DNA of 64,000 nt from Thermoplasmatota archaeon (lineage in GTDB: Archaea > Thermoplasmatota > Penumbrarchaeia > Penumbrarchaeales > Penumbrarchaeaceae), in the NCBI GenBank assembly GCA_029762535.1, contig JARVGK010000014.1, positions 1 to 64,000 on the forward strand. Reading direction: 5' to 3'. Under the pieces are notes generated by a model that had not been told where the DNA came from, made no database searches, and saw only the letters and a program-made list of their open reading frames with translations. The first letter of the stretch is position 1. Every line of letters starts with the position of its first letter. Below, piece by piece: positions 19,376 through 28,575 of the stretch. The translations under genes and the position numbers were made by a program.

Positions 19376-20716
19376 ATGAATGTAAGGACCGACGATATCA
19401 TACTATTCTCTATAGGTTATCTTAGAGGCAGGCAGAAAGAGGTTCCATCGTTGGACAAGAGGAAACTCTCCACAGCCCTGGACATCAAGACGGATACCCT
19501 TAACAAGAGACTCTCGGAGATGAGGAGGGCGAAGATCCTCGAAAAGCAGAGGATCGATGGCGTCTGCGGTCATGTCCTGACCGGGATCGGCCGTGAGCGT
19601 TACAGGGAGATCCACAAGAGGATCATGGACCTCGAGCTGAGACCTGACCTTCATTCCGTCTCTGAACTCTGCCGTCTGGGCGATGTGATAGAATATCTGA
19701 GTGATCCGTACAACGTCGTCCGCGTTGCATACTGCGTATCGAGATCGAAACCCCTGGATGCGGTGCACCTGATCCAGGACGACAGGGCGATGCGTCCAGG
19801 TTCGAAGGAGAACGCGATGATCAACGAGCTGGTGCTAACCGATGGGAAGGCGGACCGTTCGATCAACGACCTCATCGAGGAGCTGACACTCGTTGGAAAG
19901 AGAGGGCCCGCTCTTGAAGACCCTCGATCGTTCGATTCGGTGCCCTATGCGATAATCTCTGCCGAGATGAAGATGCGCAGGGGATCCGATCTCGAGGCGA
20001 TGGCGATCTATGGGTCGCTACTCAGGGACAGGGCCGGTCTTGATCCCGCGTATTGGATATTCTGCATAATCGGGATCATCAAATGCACGAAGGTCCTTGA
20101 GGGGCAGGAAAAGGCGCTGGAGCTCGTTGAGCGGTCCCTTTATGCGGTCAAGGACCCCGCCTTCAGGGCCATGCTGAACAAGAACAAGGGAGATATACTG
20201 CAGGACATGAAGAGATATTCCGAGTCGGAGGAGACCTACAGATCGGTCCTTATGGCATTGAAAAGGCTGCAAATGCCAAATCTGAAAGTTATGGTATTGA
20301 ACAATCTCGGAGTACTTTATTTCAGACAAGGCCTGGAAGATAAGGCCAAAGATCGCTGGAAGAAGGCCCGGACGATATCGGTACGGGAGGATCTGCCCTG
20401 GGTCGAAGCGATATGCAACGTCAATCTATCTGATGTCTATGCCCGTGCGGGTCAATTCAAGAACGCAAAGGAGCTGTTGAGTAAGTCGAAGCAGTACTTT
20501 CTCAGCATCAACGATCTCGAGGGACTATCTGGATATGATTTCAACATGGCCCTGGTTTGTGTCGAGGAGGGCAATCGGGACCTTGCCCTTCATTATTTCA
20601 GCCGATGTGAGGATTTTCCCCTACAGTATTTGAAGAAGAGGGCCGAGAGGAGGGCCGTGCTGATCGAAAGGTTCGAGAGAAGGGGATGGGAAAAACCCTT
20701 TGATGCAAATATTTAA
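19376..20716 (+). CDS. Winged-HTH + tetratricopeptide-repeat protein, paralog 1
   Basis: N-terminal wHTH (KLSTALDIKTDTLNKRLSEM...LT..GRE) and TPRs (VLNNLGVLYFRQG, NLSDVY...G). Start reassigned to ATG 19376 by alignment with paralog 2. Confidence 0.85.
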   Translation: MNVRTDDIILFSIGYLRGRQKEVPSLDKRKLSTALDIKTDTLNKRLSEMRRAKILEKQRIDGVCGHVLTGIGRERYREIHKRIMDLELRPDLHSVSELCRLGDVIEYLSDPYNVVRVAYCVSRSKPLDAVHLIQDDRAMRPGSKENAMINELVLTDGKADRSINDLIEELTLVGKRGPALEDPRSFDSVPYAIISAEMKMRRGSDLEAMAIYGSLLRDRAGLDPAYWIFCIIGIIKCTKVLEGQEKALELVERSLYAVKDPAFRAMLNKNKGDILQDMKRYSESEETYRSVLMALKRLQMPNLKVMVLNNLGVLYFRQGLEDKAKDRWKKARTISVREDLPWVEAICNVNLSDVYARAGQFKNAKELLSKSKQYFLSINDLEGLSGYDFNMALVCVEEGNRDLALHYFSRCEDFPLQYLKKRAERRAVLIERFERRGWEKPFDANI

Positions 20717-20812
20717 ATAGTGGGTATATAAAATTAATTCAAAGGATATAAATAGTCCGAAAGAATATATAAATGAAAATGGTTCTTTGCGCATCTTTCG
20801 AAAGATATATCA
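20717..20812 (+). promoter_or_regulatory. Diverged copy B of the AT-rich element, with a different palindrome ATCTTTCGAAAGAT (20793-20806)
   Basis: Blocks ATAGTGG.TATATA, ATAGTCC and ATATATAAATGA sit at the same offsets as in copy C. Confidence 0.55.
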
Positions 20813-21002
20813 TCGAATAGAAAATCTCGCTTGATGTACGAACAAGGGGTAATGGAGCTGGAATGGATGCACTTCATCCCAACCATACGTGATCCACAGT
20901 TGAGATAAGGGTCCATTCATCATGTGGATAGATGAATTTGAATACTTGGGATAATAACGATAGAAATATATCATCGATGTTGTATTCATAGCAATAGGGT
21001 TA

Positions 21003-22346
21003 ATGGTGAATGTAGGAACGAACGACCTCATGATCTTCTCGATAGGATACCTGCGAGGCAGGCAGAAGGAGGTCATGCCGATCAATAAGAAGCAGTTCGC
21101 AGAGGTCCTTGATGTAAGCGGCGAGACCATCAACAGGAACCTCGCCACCATGAGAAAGGTTGGAATGATAGTCAAGGTGAAGAAGGACGGCGTCCTGGGC
21201 CATGCGCTTGCGGAGAAGGGCCGGGAACGCTACAGGGAGATCCACTCCCGGATGATGGATATGGACCTCAAGCCCGATCTGCATTCCGTCTCTAACCTCT
21301 GCCGACTGGAGGATGTCATAGAGTATCTGAGGGATCCCTACCACATCGTTCTTTTGGCATATTCGGTATCCAGGGGGAAGAAGCTTGATGTCGTGGACCT
21401 GATCAGGCTGGATCGGGCCAGGAGGCCGGGGTCCAAGGAGAACGAGATAATAAACGAGCTTCTGCGGACCAAGGGAAGCGTCGGACAGTCCATGAACGAG
21501 CTCATAGAGGACCTCACCCTCGTCGGAAAGAAGGACCCGGGGATCGGCGACGATCTGGATTACGACTCCGTGCCCAACGCCTTGATCACCGCCGAGATGA
21601 GGATACGCCGTGGCAGGGACCTGGATGCCAGGAGAATATACCAGACCCTCCTCAGGAACAGGGCGAAGCTGGACCCCGCTTATTGGATCTTCTGCATCAT
21701 CGGGCTTATAAGATGCACCAAGGTGCTCGAGGGCCAGGAGAGCGCCCTAGAGCTCGCGGACCGTTTCCTGGAAACGGTCGAGGATCCCGCCTATAAGGCG
21801 ATGTTGAAGAAGATCAAAGCGGACATACTTCAGGACATGAAGAGGTTTAAGGAGTCTGAGGAGACGTATAATTCGATAATCAAGACGCTAAAGAGGATAA
21901 ATATGCCTCATTTGAATATGATGGTCCTGAACAACGTAGGGGTACTCCACTTCAGGCAGGGTAGGGAAGATAAGGCCGTCGATTGTTGGAAAAAGGCCAG
22001 GACAATTGCTGTCAAGAATGACCTCAAATGGGCGGAAGCGATATCCAATGTTAATTTATCAGATACTTATGCAAAGGAAGGAAATCTAAAGACTGCAAAA
22101 GAGATATTAAGAAAGTCTAAGAAAATATTTGAGAAGATCGACGATCAGGAAGGGATGTCAGAGTACAATTTCAACATGGCTCTTGTAACTGTAGAATATG
22201 GGAACCGAGAGCTTGCGCTGGATTATTTCAAACGCTGCGAGGATTTCCCGCTTCAGTACAGGGAGAAGAGGGTTGAGAGAAGAGAAGTCATCAACGAGAG
22301 GTTCGAAAAGAAGGGGTGGGAAAAACCCTTTAATGGAAAACTATAA
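21003..22346 (+). CDS. Winged-HTH + tetratricopeptide-repeat protein, paralog 2
   Basis: Collinear with 19376-20716 over its full length (FSIGYLRGRQKEV, GRERYREIH, LDPAYWIFCIIG, RCEDFPLQY, GWEKPF). Confidence 0.88.
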   Translation: MVNVGTNDLMIFSIGYLRGRQKEVMPINKKQFAEVLDVSGETINRNLATMRKVGMIVKVKKDGVLGHALAEKGRERYREIHSRMMDMDLKPDLHSVSNLCRLEDVIEYLRDPYHIVLLAYSVSRGKKLDVVDLIRLDRARRPGSKENEIINELLRTKGSVGQSMNELIEDLTLVGKKDPGIGDDLDYDSVPNALITAEMRIRRGRDLDARRIYQTLLRNRAKLDPAYWIFCIIGLIRCTKVLEGQESALELADRFLETVEDPAYKAMLKKIKADILQDMKRFKESEETYNSIIKTLKRINMPHLNMMVLNNVGVLHFRQGREDKAVDCWKKARTIAVKNDLKWAEAISNVNLSDTYAKEGNLKTAKEILRKSKKIFEKIDDQEGMSEYNFNMALVTVEYGNRELALDYFKRCEDFPLQYREKRVERREVINERFEKKGWEKPFNGKL

Positions 22347-22444
22347 ATAGTGGTTATATATATTTTTCCGATTAATTTCTTATAGTCCTATTTTATATAT
22401 AAATGATATTTTTAAAAACGCATGTTTTTAAAAAGGTATATATC
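22347..22444 (+). promoter_or_regulatory. Copy C of the 94-bp element: palindrome TTTTTAAAAAC-GCAT-GTTTTTAAAAA (22409-22434) plus TATA box for the downstream gene
   Basis: Perfect 11-bp arms. TATATATC at 22437 lies 31 nt before ATG 22468. Confidence 0.75.
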
Positions 22445-22467
22445 AAAAACCCCGGATAAATTATTCC

Positions 22468-23154
22468 ATGACCCGAAACCACCTTCTCCTGATGATCAGT
22501 ACGCTGACAATCCTCGCCTTTGCGATCCCCCTTCTCGAAGGAGCGGATGCTGAGGCGACCGAGGACATGAAGAGCCTTGTGATAGTGTCCGGATTCGGAG
22601 GATACTCCGTTCATGAGCTGGACAAGGCCGCCTCCTTCCGGTCCCATCTTCTCGATTCATGCTCGCAGGACGACATGGTCTATCTGACCAAGGCCGGAAT
22701 ATTCGGCTCCGACGGCACCGCAACGGTAGCTAACCTCGAGGACGCCTTCGAGTGGCTGATCACCGTCAGCGGACCGGAAACCAGGGTCGCCGTATACATA
22801 ATGGACCATGCGCAGATGATCAACAATCAACCCCATTTCAGGTTCGAGGACGGATCGATATCCGCTTCCACGATAGATGGGTGGCTGGACCAGATATCAT
22901 CCTCCGATATTACCATCATATTGAACGGAGAGAGGTCCGGCCTTGGGGGGCCCTCCCTCGCTGGGTCCTCCAGGGACGTGATCTGCTCCATGATGTCGAG
23001 CCAGACGTACTGTCCCGACAACTTCGACATCGCAAGAAGCCTGGGAGATCCCGCTGCGGACTCCGATGACGACGGGACCGTGTCCTACATCGAGGCCTTC
23101 AATTACGAAAAGGCCCGGATCCAGAGCACGGGACAGGTCCCGATCCTCTGCTGA
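22468..23154 (+). CDS. Secreted caspase/legumain-fold (clan CD) protein lacking the catalytic Cys
   Basis: Signal peptide, AT..NL..AF.WL, VYIMDHA, IILNGERSG (canonical DACxSG), ADSDDDGTVSYIEAFNY, Q.P. Confidence 0.72.
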   Translation: MTRNHLLLMISTLTILAFAIPLLEGADAEATEDMKSLVIVSGFGGYSVHELDKAASFRSHLLDSCSQDDMVYLTKAGIFGSDGTATVANLEDAFEWLITVSGPETRVAVYIMDHAQMINNQPHFRFEDGSISASTIDGWLDQISSSDITIILNGERSGLGGPSLAGSSRDVICSMMSSQTYCPDNFDIARSLGDPAADSDDDGTVSYIEAFNYEKARIQSTGQVPILC

Positions 23155-23156
23155 AG

Positions 23157-24401
23157 ATGCACAACATCGACGTGAACGAGGATCCCAAGGGACGGGAGCT
23201 CTTCAAGGCTTCCGCTCCCGTTAAGGCCAGCGAACGCTTTATCGAACATCACCAGAACGGATCCGCATCGGTCCTGACGCAGCGAAGCATATGCACCCAG
23301 GACCTCGGTCTGATACTCCTCGATCCCGAAGACAGGGTGCCGACCGACGAGGTCATCAAATATCACGAGACCCGCTATCGAGCCATCGTCGAGAACAGCA
23401 TGGACAACATATACATATGCGATGCCGACAGCGGAAGGGTGATCGAGTCCAACGGTTCCATGCAGCGCCTCCTTGGATATTCCAGGGGGGAGATGGAGCG
23501 CATGACGGTGTTCGATTTCCTGGACCATCCCAAGGACGATGTCAAGGCCTTCATCCAGCGCATTTTCGAGAAAGGGACCCTGAAGATCAAGGACAGGCGC
23601 TACAGGAGAAAGGACGGCTCCCTTGTGGACATCGAGGCGACCTGCTGCGCGATCGATGAGGGGGGAAGGCGTCTCCTCTGCGTCGTCTCAAGGGACATGC
23701 GTGAGATCAAGGAGTACGAGAAAAAGCTCGTCGAGGAGAGGAACAGGGCCGAGCTCTACCTCGACATACTCGGCCACGACATAGGTAACCTACATCACGG
23801 CATAATGGGGTTCGTGGGCCTGTGCAAGCAGTTCGAGGGCGATCCCGAAAAGCTTGGATGCTACATCAACAGCATAGACTCCCTGACGATGAGGTCGGTC
23901 CACCTTGTGCAGAACCTGAATTATCTTTCGAGCATCGCATCCCAGCCCGAGGAGCTGGTGGAGATCGACCCCGGCGCCGTGATAAGCTCCTGCATCGAAA
24001 CGGTCAGAGGATCGATCCCGTGGAAGGCCCCCGTCTTCGAGGTGGATATGCCCTCGGACATCACCGTCATGGCGGATCCCAACATAGAGCATGCCTTCTA
24101 CAACATCCTCCACAACGCTGTGAAGTACCAGGATCCACAGATGCCCCTGATAAAGATCACGTCCAGAGAGACCGGGGACGGCTATCTGCTCATAAGGGTC
24201 AGGGATTTCGGTCGGGGGATCCCGCCCTCGATGCAGAGGGAGGTCCTGAACAGGACCGACCTGAAAAAGAAGCATGGGGGGCTGGGGCTCTCGGTGGTCA
24301 GAGCATTAGTGGACCGGTCCGCAGGGAACGTCTGGATCGAGGATCCCAATGACGGCAAGGGGGGTGTCATCGTCGTCATAGAGCTTCCCGTTTACATATG
24401 A
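23157..24401 (+). CDS. PAS-domain sensor histidine kinase
   Basis: PAS (YRAIVENSMD...LLGYS..E...RRKDGS), H-box LGHDIGN, N-box NILHNAVKY, DFGRGIP, GLGLSVV. Confidence 0.93.
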   Translation: MHNIDVNEDPKGRELFKASAPVKASERFIEHHQNGSASVLTQRSICTQDLGLILLDPEDRVPTDEVIKYHETRYRAIVENSMDNIYICDADSGRVIESNGSMQRLLGYSRGEMERMTVFDFLDHPKDDVKAFIQRIFEKGTLKIKDRRYRRKDGSLVDIEATCCAIDEGGRRLLCVVSRDMREIKEYEKKLVEERNRAELYLDILGHDIGNLHHGIMGFVGLCKQFEGDPEKLGCYINSIDSLTMRSVHLVQNLNYLSSIASQPEELVEIDPGAVISSCIETVRGSIPWKAPVFEVDMPSDITVMADPNIEHAFYNILHNAVKYQDPQMPLIKITSRETGDGYLLIRVRDFGRGIPPSMQREVLNRTDLKKKHGGLGLSVVRALVDRSAGNVWIEDPNDGKGGVIVVIELPVYI

Positions 24402-24446
24402 GATCCCACCTGCAAAGCTCTTAAGGGTGTTCTACGCTTCCCCGGC

Positions 24447-25229
24447 ATGGGCAGATTGACGATGATAGGCCTCGGGATCTCCGACGAGAGGGGGATCTCC
24501 ATCGAGGGCCTGGAGCGGCTCAAGGGCGCTGACGCGGCCTTCGCGGAGTTCTTCACGTCCATACTCACAGAAGGGTCCATGGAGCGCCTGGAGGCCCTGT
24601 GCGGAAGAAGGATAGAGATGCTGGACAGGAAGTGCGTCGAGGACGAGGACCGGATACTCTCATCGCTCAGGGAACATGAGGATGTCTGCTTTCTCACGGC
24701 CGGGGATCCCCTTGCCGCCACAACGCATCAGGAGATCCGGCTCCGATCCCTCAAGGCCGGCCACAGGGTGGATGTCATCCACTCAGCATCCATATACACG
24801 GCCGCGGCCGGGGCCGCGGGGCTGCAGCATTACAAGTTCGGGAGGACGACCACGATCCCCTTCCCAGAAGGGGATTACCTGCCCACGTCCCCTCTCGAGA
24901 TCATCTTGGAGAACAGGGAAAGGGGATTGCATACGTTATGCCTTCTCGACATTCAGGCGGATCGGGGCAGGTACATGACCGTTCATGATGCATGCTCGGT
25001 CCTTATCCAAATGGCCGGGAAGCTGGGAACCGAAAAGATCGATCCCACGACGATGGTCGTGGGGATCGCCAGGGCGGGGCGAAATGACGCGAAGGTCGCC
25101 TTCGCCTCCCTCTCCGCTCTTCTATCAGAGGACATGGGCGATCCACCGCACTGCCTCATTGTTCCGGGAAGGCTCCATTTCATGGAGGAAGAGATGCTAG
25201 ATCTCTTCAGGATCGGGCGATCCGGATAG
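24447..25229 (+). CDS. dph5: Diphthine synthase
   Basis: IGLGISDE, EFFTS, AGDPLAATTH, GLQHYKFGRTTT, GLHTLCLLDI, PPHCLIVPG.LHFMEEE. Confidence 0.95.
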   Translation: MGRLTMIGLGISDERGISIEGLERLKGADAAFAEFFTSILTEGSMERLEALCGRRIEMLDRKCVEDEDRILSSLREHEDVCFLTAGDPLAATTHQEIRLRSLKAGHRVDVIHSASIYTAAAGAAGLQHYKFGRTTTIPFPEGDYLPTSPLEIILENRERGLHTLCLLDIQADRGRYMTVHDACSVLIQMAGKLGTEKIDPTTMVVGIARAGRNDAKVAFASLSALLSEDMGDPPHCLIVPGRLHFMEEEMLDLFRIGRSG

Positions 25230-25237
25230 GATCCCCC

Positions 25238-26899
25238 TCAGGGGACGATGAAATTCTTGGTCGTGGCCATGACGAGAAGAAGGACCGTTCCGAGTAGGAT
25301 GCCGATCCTTGATAGGTTGTAGGCTTTTTCCGTCATGCGGCCTGTGCGCTCGTTCCGTCTCTGGCTCCATGCCAGGCCGAAGGCTATCAGCGATAGCGGC
25401 ATGAATATCAGACCTGCGAGGGAAAGCTTGTAGGCTAGCTTTGAATCCCTTTCTATGTTGATCTTCGAATTCGCGGGACCTTCCCTGAGGTCCACCCATT
25501 CGACCTCTCCCTCCTCGAGAACCTTCAATCTCTCGATGATGTACCACTTCTCCCGCTTGGCACCCGGTCGGTAACCACCCATAAGGGCCTTCTGGAGAAC
25601 GGAAAAAAGCCATTCCACGCTGCCGATGAACCCGATCCTCGACCAGAGCCTAAGGATGAGGTCCCAGTATATCACTATAAGGGCCGTGACCACGAGGGTC
25701 GTCGTGAAACCGTCCTTTGACCCGAAGACCGTCACCCCTGGTATCAAGGAGAGCACGAACCGCAGCGGTGAGTCGAAGTATTGGAACGTGTATACGGTGA
25801 GCGAGGCGATCGCGAACCGTCTGACCGGGGTCAGGGTCCTCGCGAATACCTTAGAGGCGCCTCTATATTCTATCAACCTCAACATTAGGAATATCAGAGC
25901 GATCTGGCCTCCCACCGTGAATATCATCAACGGAAGCCAGGCGTTCATCTCCATGATGAGATAGGTGTTGTCCTTCAAATTGGTCCATGAATCCAGCCCC
26001 ATATACCAGAACCCGACAAGGCCGAGGAGGCCGGTCACGGTCAGGGCGAGACCTGCGAAGATGCCCTTCTTGGCCATCGTTACGGGAGGCCGGTCCATCG
26101 AGAGCATGGTGCCGATGGCGCATCCTATGAAAGCGAAGAAGAGGAACGGAAAGAGGGGCTCGGTCTGTCCTGCAAGGGGCCCAAGAAAGAACAGGACGAC
26201 CATCTGAAGAGGCCCCGTCACCCCTTCTAGCGGATACTGGACCATACGATCGCTCCCGGGATAGGTGGCGAGCGGGTATCCCGGCACCACCAGGTCGGCC
26301 AACTCCCAGGCGAGCGGGGTCAGAGCGAGCACCAGAAGGGCCAAAAGCACGAAGACCTTGACGTTCCGGCGGTCCATCCTGAAACCTCCTTTTCGGTATA
26401 GCGACCACTGGACAAGTGAGCATATGATGATGCTCCATGCGATCGTATGAAGTGTCATGAAGTGGAATCCTCTGAAGAATATCCTGGGCGCATACCTCTG
26501 AACGACATCGAGGAAGGAAGCATCGCCGCTTGGATCGAAGTAGGCGACCCTACCTATGAACCCGTGATGCCCGAGGGTGGACTCGATCGCGAAGGCGAAC
26601 ACCAATAGTAATATGCCGCCCACTATCTGTCTGATGATGACCTTGTTCAGGTCCCGTCCCTTCTTCAGCTGCCCTCTCGATGAGAGTATGTGTGAGATGA
26701 TCGATATCATCAGGAACAGTCCGGTGAATCCGCTCAGGTAGGCAAGGCCCAATAGGAACATGACGTCGATCATCATGAGGTCTCCGGACCGTTCAGATGA
26801 GATGAAGGACCGGTCGAAGACAGCCGAGAACGTATGGGCGCACACCATGAGCATGATGCACAACCCACGCACAAGGTCGATGGTTAGGATCCGCTTCAT
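25238..26899 (-). CDS. Polytopic membrane protein, HGSNAT/DUF1624-like (putative acyltransferase), paralog 1
   Basis: MKRILTIDLVRGLCIMLMVCAH, EPLFP, SLTVY, more than 12 TM helices. Confidence 0.75.
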   Translation of the reverse strand: MKRILTIDLVRGLCIMLMVCAHTFSAVFDRSFISSERSGDLMMIDVMFLLGLAYLSGFTGLFLMISIISHILSSRGQLKKGRDLNKVIIRQIVGGILLLVFAFAIESTLGHHGFIGRVAYFDPSGDASFLDVVQRYAPRIFFRGFHFMTLHTIAWSIIICSLVQWSLYRKGGFRMDRRNVKVFVLLALLVLALTPLAWELADLVVPGYPLATYPGSDRMVQYPLEGVTGPLQMVVLFFLGPLAGQTEPLFPFLFFAFIGCAIGTMLSMDRPPVTMAKKGIFAGLALTVTGLLGLVGFWYMGLDSWTNLKDNTYLIMEMNAWLPLMIFTVGGQIALIFLMLRLIEYRGASKVFARTLTPVRRFAIASLTVYTFQYFDSPLRFVLSLIPGVTVFGSKDGFTTTLVVTALIVIYWDLILRLWSRIGFIGSVEWLFSVLQKALMGGYRPGAKREKWYIIERLKVLEEGEVEWVDLREGPANSKINIERDSKLAYKLSLAGLIFMPLSLIAFGLAWSQRRNERTGRMTEKAYNLSRIGILLGTVLLLVMATTKNFIVP

Positions 26900-26910
26900 G
26901 TAGGCTCACT

Positions 26911-28311
26911 TCATCCGGAAGCATGGCCACTGGCCATCACATCGAATCCTTTGGCCTTGATCCTCTGCCTGTACGATAGACTGATACCCAAAAGAAGGCG
27001 CGAGCTTTGCCAAATATTAGTATATTTCCTCATCTTCCATCCCCTTTTCAGTATGTTCTTCCACGAGTAGAACTCGGTGAGGACATGGCCGTGGCCGGCC
27101 TCGAGATCCTTTTTAGTCATCAATTTCGGTTCGAAAACGACATGGGAGTAATCGTACTTGGTCCAGTCCCGGTCCACGATCCTCCCGGTCCTGTTCCATT
27201 TATCGAACAGGTCGCTTCCGGGAAGCGGGGTAAGTACGGTCGCCTGTAGTGTATCGACGTTATTCTCCAGTAGGAACCTTAATGTCCGGTCGAAGACCTC
27301 TTTGGTGTCATTGTCATGTCCGAAGACAACGCTCGCCATGATCATGATCCCATTTTCATGCAGTTTTTTTATTAGACCTGGATATTCCTCTGGTTCGAGG
27401 AAACCCTTCTGGTCCTCTTTCAATGCTTCCTTTGAAAGGGATTCCAGACCCATGAAGAGTGCCTTGAAACCGCAATCAACGGCTGCCTTCAACAGTTCAT
27501 CATCATAGGCGATCGTGATGGATGTCTGGCCGAAAAAGGTCTTTTTCAGCGGGGTCAGGGCTTTGAACAGAGCGATCGCATATTCTCGATCGTAGGTCAG
27601 GTTATCATCAACGAACATAATGTATCTGCCAAGACCCTTAACCTCCCTTACCACCTCACTCACGGGGCGTGTCCTGTGCTGATGTTTATACATAGAACAG
27701 ATAGTACAGAAGCTGCATCTGTTGGCACATCCCCTGGTGGCCTGGACCGCATCAGCCAGCACATAGGAGCCTCTGTGAATGAGGCCCCTTGGGGGTAGAG
27801 GGAGGTTCCTGAGGTCCGCTCTGCCCAGGTCATATACCTTCTTCAGCTGCCCCCTCCTCCAGTCCTCCATCATCGTCGGAACGTTGGATTCGGCCTCTCC
27901 CACGCATATGGAGTCGCAATGCTGCAAGGCCTCCTCGATCATGGATGATGGATGATAACCTCCAAGGATCACCGTCTTTCCACTCTTCCTGAACCGGTCA
28001 GCTATCTCATATCCCCTGGGAGCTACCGCTGACATCAGGGTCAAGCCGATGATATCCGCATCGATGTCGAAATCGATCGGTTCTATGTCCTCGTCGACGA
28101 TCCTCGACTCGACCCAATCAGGCATGGAGGCTACGACATACAGGCTCGGAAGCATGGAGAATCTGAAGTATTTGTTCTTGAACCTGGGCTTTCTATTTCG
28201 TTTAGCTCTTAGGAAATCCGCTGTCGGATTTATCAAAACGAACTTTACCCTTCTTATCTTCTCCTGGTCGTTCATAGGAGGTTTCGACCGTGCTCCGTAT
28301 TCCATGATCAT
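26911..28311 (-). CDS. Cobalamin-binding (class B) radical SAM protein
   Basis: B12 domain (DIIGLT...RGYEIAD...ILGGYH, VGEAE), TRGCANRCSFC, FVDDN, GLES, LTPLPGS. Start uncertain (28275-28398). Confidence 0.9.
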   Translation of the reverse strand: MIMEYGARSKPPMNDQEKIRRVKFVLINPTADFLRAKRNRKPRFKNKYFRFSMLPSLYVVASMPDWVESRIVDEDIEPIDFDIDADIIGLTLMSAVAPRGYEIADRFRKSGKTVILGGYHPSSMIEEALQHCDSICVGEAESNVPTMMEDWRRGQLKKVYDLGRADLRNLPLPPRGLIHRGSYVLADAVQATRGCANRCSFCTICSMYKHQHRTRPVSEVVREVKGLGRYIMFVDDNLTYDREYAIALFKALTPLKKTFFGQTSITIAYDDELLKAAVDCGFKALFMGLESLSKEALKEDQKGFLEPEEYPGLIKKLHENGIMIMASVVFGHDNDTKEVFDRTLRFLLENNVDTLQATVLTPLPGSDLFDKWNRTGRIVDRDWTKYDYSHVVFEPKLMTKKDLEAGHGHVLTEFYSWKNILKRGWKMRKYTNIWQSSRLLLGISLSYRQRIKAKGFDVMASGHASG

Positions 28312-28575
28312 CCCTCTTGATCCAATAGAAATACAGGTTGATGCCGTCGGCGATCCTTTTAGAAGGCCAAAGGATCTTTTTTTGGTCCTCTTAGCCAAAA
28401 CTTGATTCTATTATGACACTCTTCGTTGATGGTACTTATGAAGATCTTTCTATAAAAACGTATCATTATACCACCTGTCACGAATAAGGTTTCTCTATGA
28501 ACCTAAAAAACATGAGGAATTTCAATAATTCCAAAGTGATAAATAGTCTTTTTTAGTATATACAACGGGGGAAAG

